Below are positions 38,901 through 46,197 of a stretch of 64,000 bases of DNA, piece by piece (within the stretch, counting starts at the first letter, position 1; the number at the start of each line of letters is the position of its first letter). Location: the IMG/VR virus record IMGVR_UViG_3300032284_002843, positions 72,280-136,279 of that record. One strand, written 5' to 3'. This DNA comes from a virus. Below the pieces are notes generated by a model, which was not told the DNA's origin, ran no database searches, and saw only the letters and a list, made by a program, of their open reading frames with translations. Both the position numbers and the translations under genes were made by a program.

Positions 38901-41238
38901 TGCTGCAATATTGTCCAGGAATATTTGTTGGACCGCTGTTTGCCCATGGACTAGAACTGGTTTTTCCAACATTTATAGTGGACAATGCACGATTGATCCA
39001 TTCAGCTGGTAAATTATTTCCGGTTAAGGTTACATTTTTGTACAGATTAAAAAGAGTTTGAACAAAACGATTGTAAAAAGAGACATAGCTTAATTGAGCA
39101 TAATCTATAGAATATGCAGGGTCTATGAGATTGCTGTTATTAAGGACATCTGTAAACGATGTACTGTTTAACATGGCCAATTTTAACATAGGTGCTCTAT
39201 GTTGTAAAATGTTTAAACCAAAGCTACGATTTTGTGCGCTATCTTTAAAGTTATTTGATCCTAACCCTGTGCCAGCAAACCCGTATTGATTTTGAATAAT
39301 GTTTAGAAATTGTGGTAATATCTGACTTCTACTAACATTGGTAATTGGTAAATTGTTAGGGTTTGCCGTTAAATTTAACGGCAATTCATAATAACCGGTA
39401 ATTGTTTCCGGTGCCGTTGTATTCCATGTTTTGATAGATACACGCTCTCCAGCAAATACAGATGATGCTAAGGTAACAATGTTTCCATTTACTGTGTAGT
39501 CAGTGTTTTCAAACAATGTTGTTTCATTTCCATTAGCATCAGTTTTGACTATAAAAATACTTGGTAAATCATTTGAATTACGAGTAGCAGGTGGTTGATC
39601 TATAAAGAACGATGTTGCAGTAGTCGGTACTTGATAGTTGTTGACAATATATTGTCTACTTGGATTGTGTGATTTCCACCAACCGTTGGTATGTATGCTG
39701 CCATCAAAACCATTTATGTATGCAAATTTTTCTCCAACATAATTGATTACTTGTCCATTCAATATGTAGGAGAAGTTATCAATTGTAAGATTATTGCTAA
39801 AAATAAAATCTCCAAACTGATCAATATTAACTGGAATGCCTAATTCTTGATCAATTGGTGCCGTGTCAGATAATTGATAGCTGAAAATCTTAGAACCTTT
39901 AAAGGAGCTAGATGTATAAACGCTGGGGTCTTGAAGTTGGTTTCCTCTGGTATCATAGAGTTGAAATAATGGTGGTACTCCAAGACTTTTTTGTTGCCCG
40001 GAAACTATCCATGCGCTACCATTGTAATAAACATTTTTACCCTCTAGGTCGCTTGAACCAAAGCGAACAGACACTCTATCTCCGACAATTGGCGCACCAG
40101 AAGGATCTTGCCCGTTTGTATCTAATGTTAGTTGTATAGAACCAAGGTTAACTCCACTAACTGTGTAAATTCTGTTATTGATTGTAGGATGAGTATCTGC
40201 TGTAACTAAAATACGCATACCATCAAATAGAGATATATTTTGTATTGAATAACTAGGTTGGCCTACAATGCTACCAAACACATCACCGTTACCATTGTCG
40301 CATATGTCTACATATCCTCTATTATATGATCCGTAATCATACAATTCAATTCCAGCATCAAATTCAATAATAGGGCGCAATGCTTGAGTTGAATACTGAT
40401 CGCTTAAAAGTGTTTGACTTAAACTAATAACACTGGTATGGAACCATCTATTTTGTTGGCTCCATATGTTACCATCTTTTGAACCACGGCCAATGGTTAC
40501 ATATTGTTTATCAATTAAGCTATTGTCGCCGTCCCAGGATTCTTTATCCCATGCAAGAACATCCCATGCAGGGTTAAAAGTTTCAGCATTTGGTACAAGA
40601 ATTAAAGAACGTCCAATGCCCTCAACATAAAATTCCTTATTATTATAAGATAAAGTTAAGTCGCTGGTTGGTTTAATTTTAAGCCCATTAGCAAAAACAA
40701 TAGATCCAGAAAATACCTGTCCTGTGCTGCTGAGCTGATATGCTCCTGTATAGGTATATGATGTCTGTCCTTGCTGGTTGTACAAATCAGTTGTATCCAG
40801 CAATATAATTGCATTTGGGCCAGCTGGTAACCAAAAATAGCTGCTGAAGTTTACAAATTTATCTATGTCAATAGGCGGTGCCCAACTGTAGTACTCTTGT
40901 GAAAACAATCTATCATTGTTATCAACAATTCCACCTTGGAATCTCAATGCTCCTAAAAGGTCTTCGTAAAACAAACTGTTTTTAACCTGACCGGACAAAT
41001 AATCGATACTTACCGGAGTAGGAGATAATTGATAATCTACACGAGCTTTGGTAGGTTCAGCAATGTACACATCTTTTAAGCGATTAAACCAAGCTGGTCT
41101 AGATCCTATGTATCCATTTAAAAATTCAATGTCTGAAGCTTGAAAAAGATGATCAACTGTTGCGCTGAAAATTTTAGTCAGTGCATCGGTTTGCAAATAA
41201 CCCGGTAATAAAGATATTGATTTTTTCTGCTCAGCCAT
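29959..41238 (-). CDS. giant baseplate wedge/structural protein (3759 aa)
   Basis: uninterrupted ORF downstream of gp6-like; KPYH.K motif; G.G.T..F beta repeats. Confidence 0.8.
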   Translation of the reverse strand: MAEQKKSISLLPGYLQTDALTKIFSATVDHLFQASDIEFLNGYIGSRPAWFNRLKDVYIAEPTKARVDYQLSPTPVSIDYLSGQVKNSLFYEDLLGALRFQGGIVDNNDRLFSQEYYSWAPPIDIDKFVNFSSYFWLPAGPNAIILLDTTDLYNQQGQTSYTYTGAYQLSSTGQVFSGSIVFANGLKIKPTSDLTLSYNNKEFYVEGIGRSLILVPNAETFNPAWDVLAWDKESWDGDNSLIDKQYVTIGRGSKDGNIWSQQNRWFHTSVISLSQTLLSDQYSTQALRPIIEFDAGIELYDYGSYNRGYVDICDNGNGDVFGSIVGQPSYSIQNISLFDGMRILVTADTHPTINNRIYTVSGVNLGSIQLTLDTNGQDPSGAPIVGDRVSVRFGSSDLEGKNVYYNGSAWIVSGQQKSLGVPPLFQLYDTRGNQLQDPSVYTSSSFKGSKIFSYQLSDTAPIDQELGIPVNIDQFGDFIFSNNLTIDNFSYILNGQVINYVGEKFAYINGFDGSIHTNGWWKSHNPSRQYIVNNYQVPTTATSFFIDQPPATRNSNDLPSIFIVKTDANGNETTLFENTDYTVNGNIVTLASSVFAGERVSIKTWNTTAPETITGYYELPLNLTANPNNLPITNVSRSQILPQFLNIIQNQYGFAGTGLGSNNFKDSAQNRSFGLNILQHRAPMLKLAMLNSTSFTDVLNNSNLIDPAYSIDYAQLSYVSFYNRFVQTLFNLYKNVTLTGNNLPAEWINRALSTINVGKTSSSPWANSGPTNIPGQYCSIEQTNPTYVPATPARLGITPAYQPVVYIDNTYTTPQLVLQTHDGSRIVLIDADGFQLGTILHDQTSTTNPSQLSHPVAAAWLQFELNLFNSLPPSYTNVDYVPAFDVRAQIPGRWRSTDYSSNEYLSILRSSFDKWVINNQVDYTANTGYDTNNQFSYNYRSVTDSLGQPVPGHWQGIYRYYYDTDRPNTHPWEMLGFSIMPEWWISEYGPAPYTNGNTAMWEDLRDGRIRQGARSGIDATWARPGLLSCIPVDPQGNLLPPFLAGCTANIPSVLDARSAWVFGDGGPVESVWINSSDFKFSLAKAGYLMKPAQFVEYNWDILRTEHVYADETYDQWIYVDTNSRRSSQQFYVHRENPTTLNIGLNIPNESNLSYFGSCGFQHWISEHVISKGYNVTNYFGNIIRGSDVKLAHRMAGFTPTDSFRALVDSFGQLGYNSRLVPSENINLYLYKSNSIEETVYSGVIIEKIAEGWRVKGYDAINPVFTIIPSDVHGDRTSIVIGSQRVTEYFVGLKTTSTVPYDTIFSTRQQVYDFLISYGRWLTNQGWLFTTYDDASNSINNWSKSAKEFLFWSQGVWDNGTFITVSPSADTVQFSQPYGNIQFVNGVVSGTYPVLDRGGQPIQQNNLNVNREQDKITISATNDQGLFLVRLYTTTLEHAVYFDNTTAFNDIIYQPLFNLSQQRMLIYAYRAKNWTGRLDIPGYFLVQNTTSNTWNLTSNFDKSADDITKFFNIEQPTTYQPLGSNEILTTELGGVDTSNLSNLSKHLIGYQNRNYLQNLLLDDATEFEFYQGFIRQKGTATTLNNLLRNNSIIPTGSTFQYFEEWLFRTAWYGGYDLNRVIEFILPQSKINNNPQQIRFFGQQDSDNPNDYVYDIVPADPMLVTPPENYIDPLFAVKPTYGVDILTDMPSAGYVQLGETTYYVLNQSDLLSLYDTQKTTANPLVAGNTVWQFITSAGDWTVLRLDKPNATISYTVPSSVSGEPTVLVTNGSHGLIEGDICIIYGITGVADINGTYTIFNVTSNTFSIDISTFQAGAGGTLLVYRPTRFKNVFDRDSNTPPAGWNTGDLCYVDDGGIVQGAWTVYKFLQNNWVPYRQQQYKINAALILSSELYNGASKAKIADVDYFDPAKGRIVGLADAEISYKTDYDPAKYTSGNSTGYAIDANEAWGEAQIGTVWWDLTAVRYIDYDQGDDSYKRDNWGKLAPGTSIDVYEWVRSTIPPSDWASAVATGSQGSGVGVNGQNITPTGSVRNPDAPNWSEYIEENPDGTSTTYYYFWVKNSSIPPFGPNRQLTTSGIAQLIQSPSIGGNPWYAVISQQNILVGNVSRFLNADQIIQRINYTKTPNDANNFNEWQLLKENDEYSQPQDTLWEKLKSSLTTIDGADNDVPYYKLTDLQRYGNFIRPRQTWFVDRINASSLFVTTANNLIAGSSSPLVNDSSKVSWVSYFNAEEPAPTTSVDYHVTDLGQRDALIGLITPGQTVLVDAVTETNNLWTVWQYTGTSSPWLLERIQYYKVSNYWNYVDWYASGYSSSTTIDLIVATIYDFESLTGKAAGTVVKVLNDGSNKWQLYSYDGSVWQLVGQQDGSIAISDTIYQWAENFGGFDGNPFDQTAFDSQSGVEFSYVIDGLKQAIFGNPNSIEINKLFFTMIKYVLSEQRQVDWIIKTSNISLNGFNQPLSTYQLLPVDLTDSIIGFLNEAKPYHVKISELVTGKTYTDLSNVAAVDFDFPPNFKAPVPADDGSLAWKIYNDTYQSYLANYKTNGNLIRQLKTKLIFDRIATPSQRIGWGSTWSTFAWSAEQTLASYGAIDRIDQFYSPTLGMIPKIISELMIGVDFRSTVLNSLNLNIDIGWSVSPWDSQIGWEPTSQTIINYLDLIVQGGQIPQYDTAIGNGITTEFQLLHHPQNPLDMVVWSDGSIKNYGTEWYVPTYAEKVYIVQGGIHYSVGDQLDLVAGNGIAAVRIQVTAVNHGSITECVILGKGSYQTVTRGPYTLQYPFNHPGIGTDALVEVDWSCQNIVFNTAPAPSPEPNIYILYAGTTFEQAPTDETDTIYSGSDFVIPHVDSDHPEEYYGLRAKDSIRIDTYVQSVGGRPLVNTRVYQTDGVIDQFDIGITPENTVSVFVYLNSVLQKEGLANDFVINFATNKVVFLSPPPSGVLRITAISTGGGSRSVEKAYVVNGGNNYSPNDVITLSGGVGTPAQLQLTSVTNTSAIVVDPGTGYNVGDQVTLIGGSLYTPNNLYGAFTVNTIQLVSVSPAFGGADYAVNDVITLAGSGCLTAAILKVTHVTVDGAVTSLQIINSGEFNLPNAPTLNLASSSTNHNGYGVLLNVEWGIKTLSSATQTEYNVIPTNPVSVSGIGTGATIYVSWAAGQADVINGGLYTKLPFQPLGQASVNPIGGSSSTWNVAYTKRLNEYVYTGNGVTTDYTVPGTTVSYPGGIYVTVDGIPSAYSRLSNAIRLPVAPAVGAVIIINTFDNNQFSVIEETSIDVTNPLPNPLQYPLTNTYPQHSMPYFVTTLVRKNGNLLEPPVIQTWFGDGSSRQFPITVDIVSPTVEYVEIYVDSVLQTLGIDYNISDSILVFTYSPSMLSEIVLVCKRTTTNYFLTTVGPTTYINFYSGSVQNGDNILVTTYAEDADYNFVTEEFIEYENGWDGAPWDILGFETFMKHEYALATTPYDFVTISVWVNEQLLTPTYDYVVENVDVETGWGVDQWDITAWDSIADNRTVVRLGDHIAPNHDSPVTVTYMVGLPERPSVAWRTLISENETLSTVIDDNRKCVILSDVLSNSDKIEISDFTRVSVPYGANIQYVYINDELIGYYEIQQAPTVQHPNRAFLTQIVRNVNNTSGSPEDQYSAIFYNGDSSTHYFATEPVGEAIAETVWVDGKLQRTDIDYSIEINPPSLPPGRYANIFDAPPGGYKNVKIVSLNSNSYDSNVSHVALSTVIDAGREMKLPNGYSWEPDQYGIQYSHTAMAEFLLKHTGTRS

Positions 41239-44200
41239 TTGAAATTCCTAAGACTGTCTCAGTAAGGCTTTGTACTATTTGAACATCTGTAACTCTAGCA
41301 CCGCTTATGAAAATTTCATCTGCTGTGCATTGAATTTCAAATAAATCACCAAACTTAGCTTGTGCATTAAGAGGAGTAATTACAACAGATGCCACTATAG
41401 TTGCCAATTGCTGATGTATATACGCTGCTAATTCTGTAAAATAAAAACTTTGTCCAAAGTCCCAATTGCTTAATGCAAAGTAGTTATTAATGGTCGCAAT
41501 TACCAAACTTTTTACTTCGTTATCTGTAACCGTTGTACCAGCTGTCTTCACCACTTTGAAAATTACTTGATATTCTGGTGCTGCTTGATTTCCGAAAATT
41601 ACCTTATAGCTAACCGGATGCCATATCATCTGATCTGTCATCATTTTGTATTGTTCAAGAGATCCAAACGTTGAATTTAGGTCGGCGCTGCTAGGAGGTT
41701 GTGGTTGATTTTCTGGTAACCCATTAGTTGCAATCCAATTACGAAGATCAGTGTCATAACCTGTTGTCAACACATACATGTCAATTACATTGGTAATTGC
41801 TGGATTAATTCTTTGTGTCGAGCTGGCAAAATGTTTCCATAAGAAGTTAAGATTATTACGACCAATTCGCATTTTGAAAGTAGATGACACATCTATCAGA
41901 GACCCGTTTGTCCATTGATAAAATATGCTTTGATTTATAACATACGCAACTTCTCCTTCGTGCCAGTTTGGATCGCTAGCCGGTGGTACCATGTTGCTGT
42001 TTGTGTAAATACGGTCTAATGGTATAATATAAGGATTCCAGTATTGGTAACCATCGGAACCGGTTACCAATTGCCAGAATAATAATTTGTCTGCTGTTAG
42101 AGACGGATTAACAATTTGATTATATTCATTTGGGTTGTCAGGTATACCAAAATTCTGTCCTTCCCACATTGTCAATCTAACTGTACGAGGATCGCTATAT
42201 CCATCTGGATATATTTGTTGTCCTGTAATCTCCCATAGATAATCTTTACCCAATGGAAAACCCGTTATAGGATCAGCATTGACTCCTAATATATTGATAT
42301 AATCCAATTGGGCTGTATTAGTGGTCGGATCAAATATTTTTTGTGTATTATTGAAATAAAATCTATTTTGGCTAACGCTTTCAAATATGTAACGTAAAGC
42401 TCTACTATAAACTCTCCAGCCAGTTCCAACCCACACTACCTTAAGTAACCAGCTAGCATCTTTATTTGTACTAGTTGTATTACCTGCAAATTGTAAACTA
42501 AATGTCGAGCTTGTGCTCAAATTGTCAGGTGTTATAATTTTCCACATACCATCATTTTGATCATAACGTATTCCAAATGTCTGATGTGCTGCCATAGCAG
42601 CAGCAATCATGCTGATTTCATCCTGCGTTAATGTAGTTCTAAAAGACGGAATTACACTTACAGGAACATCGTTGGTATCTATTAAATTACTAAGAGTTAC
42701 AGCACCGGCACCAGATGAAATTTGACCAGTTTGATTAACACCAGTACCATTGCCTACAATTCCAACGATACTAGCAGTTTTACCTGATTGGAATGTGATC
42801 AACGAATCCTGTGTGAAATAAACTAATGACGTATTTGGCGATGCTGATGATCCCACTGCTACTGCTACGCCACCAGAAAAGAAAGCTCCGCTAGTTGACT
42901 TGGTATAGCTTACTATATTTTTCCAAGTATAACCCGGTGTTACATTAACCGATGGATAATTATAATAAAAGAAATTCTTAAGTTCTAATGCTTGAGTTTC
43001 ACTATTTAAATTACCATTAATCAATGGTTGTATTTGTGTGTTTACCGTTACAACTAGATTTATACCAGGACTGTTTTGAATATCTCTCATATTCAAGTCA
43101 TTTTCACTGTAAAGTATACCATCAGTACCAAATACATTTAAATCGCTGTAATTACCAGTTGGATCAAGAGAATCTAAATATCGACTTTGACCGCTGTAAA
43201 ATCTATTAACAGCCTTTACCTTAAGCGCTTGACCGTTCTGCAATGGAAAGAGGTTATAGTCTTCACCATTTACCATTCTATCTTGTGTATAATATACCTG
43301 TGGAGCATTTTGAGCGATTTGTGTGTTGTCTTCGCTGCTTTGAGCATTGGTAATTGTGTATTGCAAATCAGTTGTAAATGCTATAGACCAAGTATTATTC
43401 AAATTATCAAGATAATTGAAGGCAAAAACTTGGCTTTGTATATCATTTGGCCTAATCTGATATGTTAGATTATTACCTGTTCTATACCATACTCTTATAA
43501 TGCCAGTTGGTATGTTGCCAAAATTTCCATCACTGAAACGTATACTAATTTGATCAGAGCCGGCACTGTCTCTGGTAATTACAGAAAAAATGTTTCTAAC
43601 ATTGTTTTCTAAGCTGTTGTAGACAACATTGAAACCATTTACGCTTGGTACCTTGGTCCATTTGACTGCTGGTATACCATTGGTGTCGACTGTTTGTACC
43701 CATACATCAGTTTCGTTTACGTTGTTTGCATTAACATCTATAACTCTGTTTGCTAGAGGAACAGAGCATTGGTAATCACTGAAACCAATACTGCCCTGTT
43801 TGAAATAAAAGAAGAAACCAGTATTTGCACTGGCATATCCATTGCCATCATTTTGATAGATGATACTCCATGCATTTAATGGATCTGGATCTATTTCATA
43901 AAAACTACCACTGTTCAAAACATTGTTAACTGTCCCTGGATTAAAATCAACATTAACTAACTCAAAGTTTACGCTGTTTCCTGCAACAGATGCTGTAAAA
44001 GGAACAGTGCTCGTTGGAATAGCAGTGTTATTCATTGAATATAATTCGGTAGTATATCCTTGAACTGTTCCACTTTTAACTGGTGTGCCAAATGTGTTTG
44101 TAGATGACAAACTGGCATTCAGAACTATAATAAATTGTTCAAACCAATCAGCATTGTTTTGATCATTCCACAAAATTTTAACATTTTGTAAATTTCTTCC

Positions 44201-44605
44201 CATGCTATCAACTACTGGTTGATTGGTCACAACACTGGTAATTTTTATTTTACCATTTGCCGGATAACTACGACGCGGTTGATAACTAAGCATTCTTGCT
44301 AATCTGAAAACACTCTCACGTCTAGTAGCTGTATCGAGGAAATTTTCTCGTGTGTTTAAATCAATTCTGAAAGCTAGACTTTGTCCAAGGTATGCTAGCA
44401 AATCAATAAGTGCAACAAACTCACTGCTTTCAATCCAATCATTATAATTTTCTGGATAGTTGATACGAATATAGTCTACCATTGCGCTGCGAATGGTATT
44501 AAAATCATAGGCAGCAAAATTAACCTGTGTGAATGCAGTATATATTACTCTCCAATCTTCCGCTGCGAATAATTGACTTTGTCTAGTTTGTTGGGTAACC
44601 GTCAT
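41231..44605 (-). CDS. baseplate wedge subunit, T4 gp6-like
   Basis: YDF.TIR...YPE..ND..ESSE...LAY...RENFLDTA.RRESV; FSDG.FG.IP; Q.RMVN.EDY. Confidence 0.88.
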   Translation of the reverse strand: MTVTQQTRQSQLFAAEDWRVIYTAFTQVNFAAYDFNTIRSAMVDYIRINYPENYNDWIESSEFVALIDLLAYLGQSLAFRIDLNTRENFLDTATRRESVFRLARMLSYQPRRSYPANGKIKITSVVTNQPVVDSMGRNLQNVKILWNDQNNADWFEQFIIVLNASLSSTNTFGTPVKSGTVQGYTTELYSMNNTAIPTSTVPFTASVAGNSVNFELVNVDFNPGTVNNVLNSGSFYEIDPDPLNAWSIIYQNDGNGYASANTGFFFYFKQGSIGFSDYQCSVPLANRVIDVNANNVNETDVWVQTVDTNGIPAVKWTKVPSVNGFNVVYNSLENNVRNIFSVITRDSAGSDQISIRFSDGNFGNIPTGIIRVWYRTGNNLTYQIRPNDIQSQVFAFNYLDNLNNTWSIAFTTDLQYTITNAQSSEDNTQIAQNAPQVYYTQDRMVNGEDYNLFPLQNGQALKVKAVNRFYSGQSRYLDSLDPTGNYSDLNVFGTDGILYSENDLNMRDIQNSPGINLVVTVNTQIQPLINGNLNSETQALELKNFFYYNYPSVNVTPGYTWKNIVSYTKSTSGAFFSGGVAVAVGSSASPNTSLVYFTQDSLITFQSGKTASIVGIVGNGTGVNQTGQISSGAGAVTLSNLIDTNDVPVSVIPSFRTTLTQDEISMIAAAMAAHQTFGIRYDQNDGMWKIITPDNLSTSSTFSLQFAGNTTSTNKDASWLLKVVWVGTGWRVYSRALRYIFESVSQNRFYFNNTQKIFDPTTNTAQLDYINILGVNADPITGFPLGKDYLWEITGQQIYPDGYSDPRTVRLTMWEGQNFGIPDNPNEYNQIVNPSLTADKLLFWQLVTGSDGYQYWNPYIIPLDRIYTNSNMVPPASDPNWHEGEVAYVINQSIFYQWTNGSLIDVSSTFKMRIGRNNLNFLWKHFASSTQRINPAITNVIDMYVLTTGYDTDLRNWIATNGLPENQPQPPSSADLNSTFGSLEQYKMMTDQMIWHPVSYKVIFGNQAAPEYQVIFKVVKTAGTTVTDNEVKSLVIATINNYFALSNWDFGQSFYFTELAAYIHQQLATIVASVVITPLNAQAKFGDLFEIQCTADEIFISGARVTDVQIVQSLTETVLGISNG

Positions 44606-44614
44606 TATAAATCC

Positions 44615-45001
44615 TTAAACCATTGAATCTGCACGTTTGTCAAAATTTATGATAAAATTACTGTAAGCTTTAAGTGGTGTATAAAATACATTCATCTCAA
44701 GTCTTAGTCCATACTCAAATTGTATCACATTTATAGTTTGTAATTGTACCCTGGGATCGCTGTTAATCACCTGTTGAGCTTCATATTTGACACCGTCAAT
44801 GGTATTTTGATCAAACGGTTCATATAGGTAATTCCATATCGCACAACCATATGTTGGCATCATAACACGTTCGCCCGGTCTTGTATTAAAATGATTTAGC
44901 AAATCTTGCTCAACTAACTTCAAATCAGCAAGATTTTGCGGATTATTTTGTCCTACTGTGCTAAATCCAACAAAAAGGTTTTTACTAGTTAACGTTGCCA
45001 T
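44615..45001 (-). CDS. baseplate wedge subunit, gp25-like
   Basis: DLLNHFNTRPGERVMMPTYGC...DPRV. Confidence 0.9.
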   Translation of the reverse strand: MATLTSKNLFVGFSTVGQNNPQNLADLKLVEQDLLNHFNTRPGERVMMPTYGCAIWNYLYEPFDQNTIDGVKYEAQQVINSDPRVQLQTINVIQFEYGLRLEMNVFYTPLKAYSNFIINFDKRADSMV

Positions 45002-45186
45002 ATTTTAGATATTTATCATTCATTTTATACACAGTTTTTTTCACAATTTCTTTTATAACTTCTTTATCTGTGTATTTAACAACAAAAATTGTCTGTGTTA
45101 TCAAACACTTATTGCATGCCCGTAATATAAGCCGCAAATCTTACTACTAGTATGGTTAAATATTGTGTAACTGGAGGTTATGTATT

Positions 45187-45681
45187 GTGAATATTGAAAT
45201 AAAAGGTCGATATTTTTCAAAAACAGATCGAAGTTTGCTGAGCGATTTTGCAGAATGGTCCGGGCAAAAATTAATTGGTAAACGTATTACTCGTTATATC
45301 TCCTTAACTATTCAACTTAATCATCCAAACCATTACAAAAAACATTATTTGTATGCTGACACTGATTACAATGATGAAGATTGCCGTAAACTTCCAAGAA
45401 ATTTTATTGTAACCATGACATCAAGATTTGGAATGTTACGTAGCCTTGTTATTCTAGCACACGAAATGGTTCATGTTAAACAATTTGCTTTAGGAGAATT
45501 GGTGTGGCACGAACATAACAAATACCCTAAATGGCTCGGACGTCACATAAATTATGAACATATGTCATATTGGGACCTGCCATACGAAGTTGAAGCACAC
45601 GGCCGAGAAAAAGGTTTGGTGTATCAATGGTGCGACGAGCGCAAGCTTTGGAAAGAATATTGGTACCGAGAACTTTTTTAA
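45187..45681 (+). CDS. zincin-like metallopeptidase domain protein
   Basis: LAHEMVHVKQ...YWDLPYEVEAH; GGAGG SD before GTG. Confidence 0.8.
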   Translation: MNIEIKGRYFSKTDRSLLSDFAEWSGQKLIGKRITRYISLTIQLNHPNHYKKHYLYADTDYNDEDCRKLPRNFIVTMTSRFGMLRSLVILAHEMVHVKQFALGELVWHEHNKYPKWLGRHINYEHMSYWDLPYEVEAHGREKGLVYQWCDERKLWKEYWYRELF

Positions 45682-45688
45682 AAAACCA

Positions 45689-45716
45689 TTGACATATAAT
45701 GTATATGTGTTATAAA
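45689..45716 (+). promoter_or_regulatory. sigma70-like promoter
   Basis: TTGACA-16-TATAAA; ATG 45723 lies 6 nt downstream. Confidence 0.6.
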
Positions 45717-45722
45717 CATACC

Positions 45723-45848
45723 ATGTTTATATTTTTCCTATTTTTCATTCCTATGATGTTGGCCGTATACATCGGTGTTGAAGGTATGGTCGGCCTATGG
45801 ATTCTGCTATTTTTAGGGACCTTGCTACTTAAACCATTTATGAGTTAA
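45723..45848 (+). CDS. 41-aa hydrophobic membrane peptide absent from the ORF track
   Basis: MFIFFLFFIPMMLAVYIGVEGMVGLWILLFLGTLLLKPFMS. Confidence 0.55.
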   Translation: MFIFFLFFIPMMLAVYIGVEGMVGLWILLFLGTLLLKPFMS

Positions 45849-45850
45849 AC

Positions 45851-46195
45851 ATGCCAAGCCCAAGTGAACTGGTTTTTTCTGTTATCTGTCTTACCATACT
45901 TTGTACTGCATTTTCTCGTATTGCAGGACTATACTTTTTTATTAGTATTGGCATGCTTATGCTTTTCTTAGCATGGTTGCAGTTTATTAATTTTGATGGC
46001 AGCTGGCCTGGCAATCAGCCAAGAATAGAAAACTATCACATGTCCAAGGAGCGCCAAGCTCGCCTCGATCATTTGATATATGATGCATTTGGATCCAGTG
46101 CAACTATGACAGACCAAGATTGGGCAGATTATAAGCGGTGCAAATTCAATAATGTCTGCGTAAGACGTTTTCAATCAATCGCAGAACCTAGATAA
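45851..46195 (+). CDS. membrane protein
   Basis: two N-terminal TM segments followed by a soluble domain. Confidence 0.65.
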   Translation: MPSPSELVFSVICLTILCTAFSRIAGLYFFISIGMLMLFLAWLQFINFDGSWPGNQPRIENYHMSKERQARLDHLIYDAFGSSATMTDQDWADYKRCKFNNVCVRRFQSIAEPR

Positions 46196-46197
46196 TC

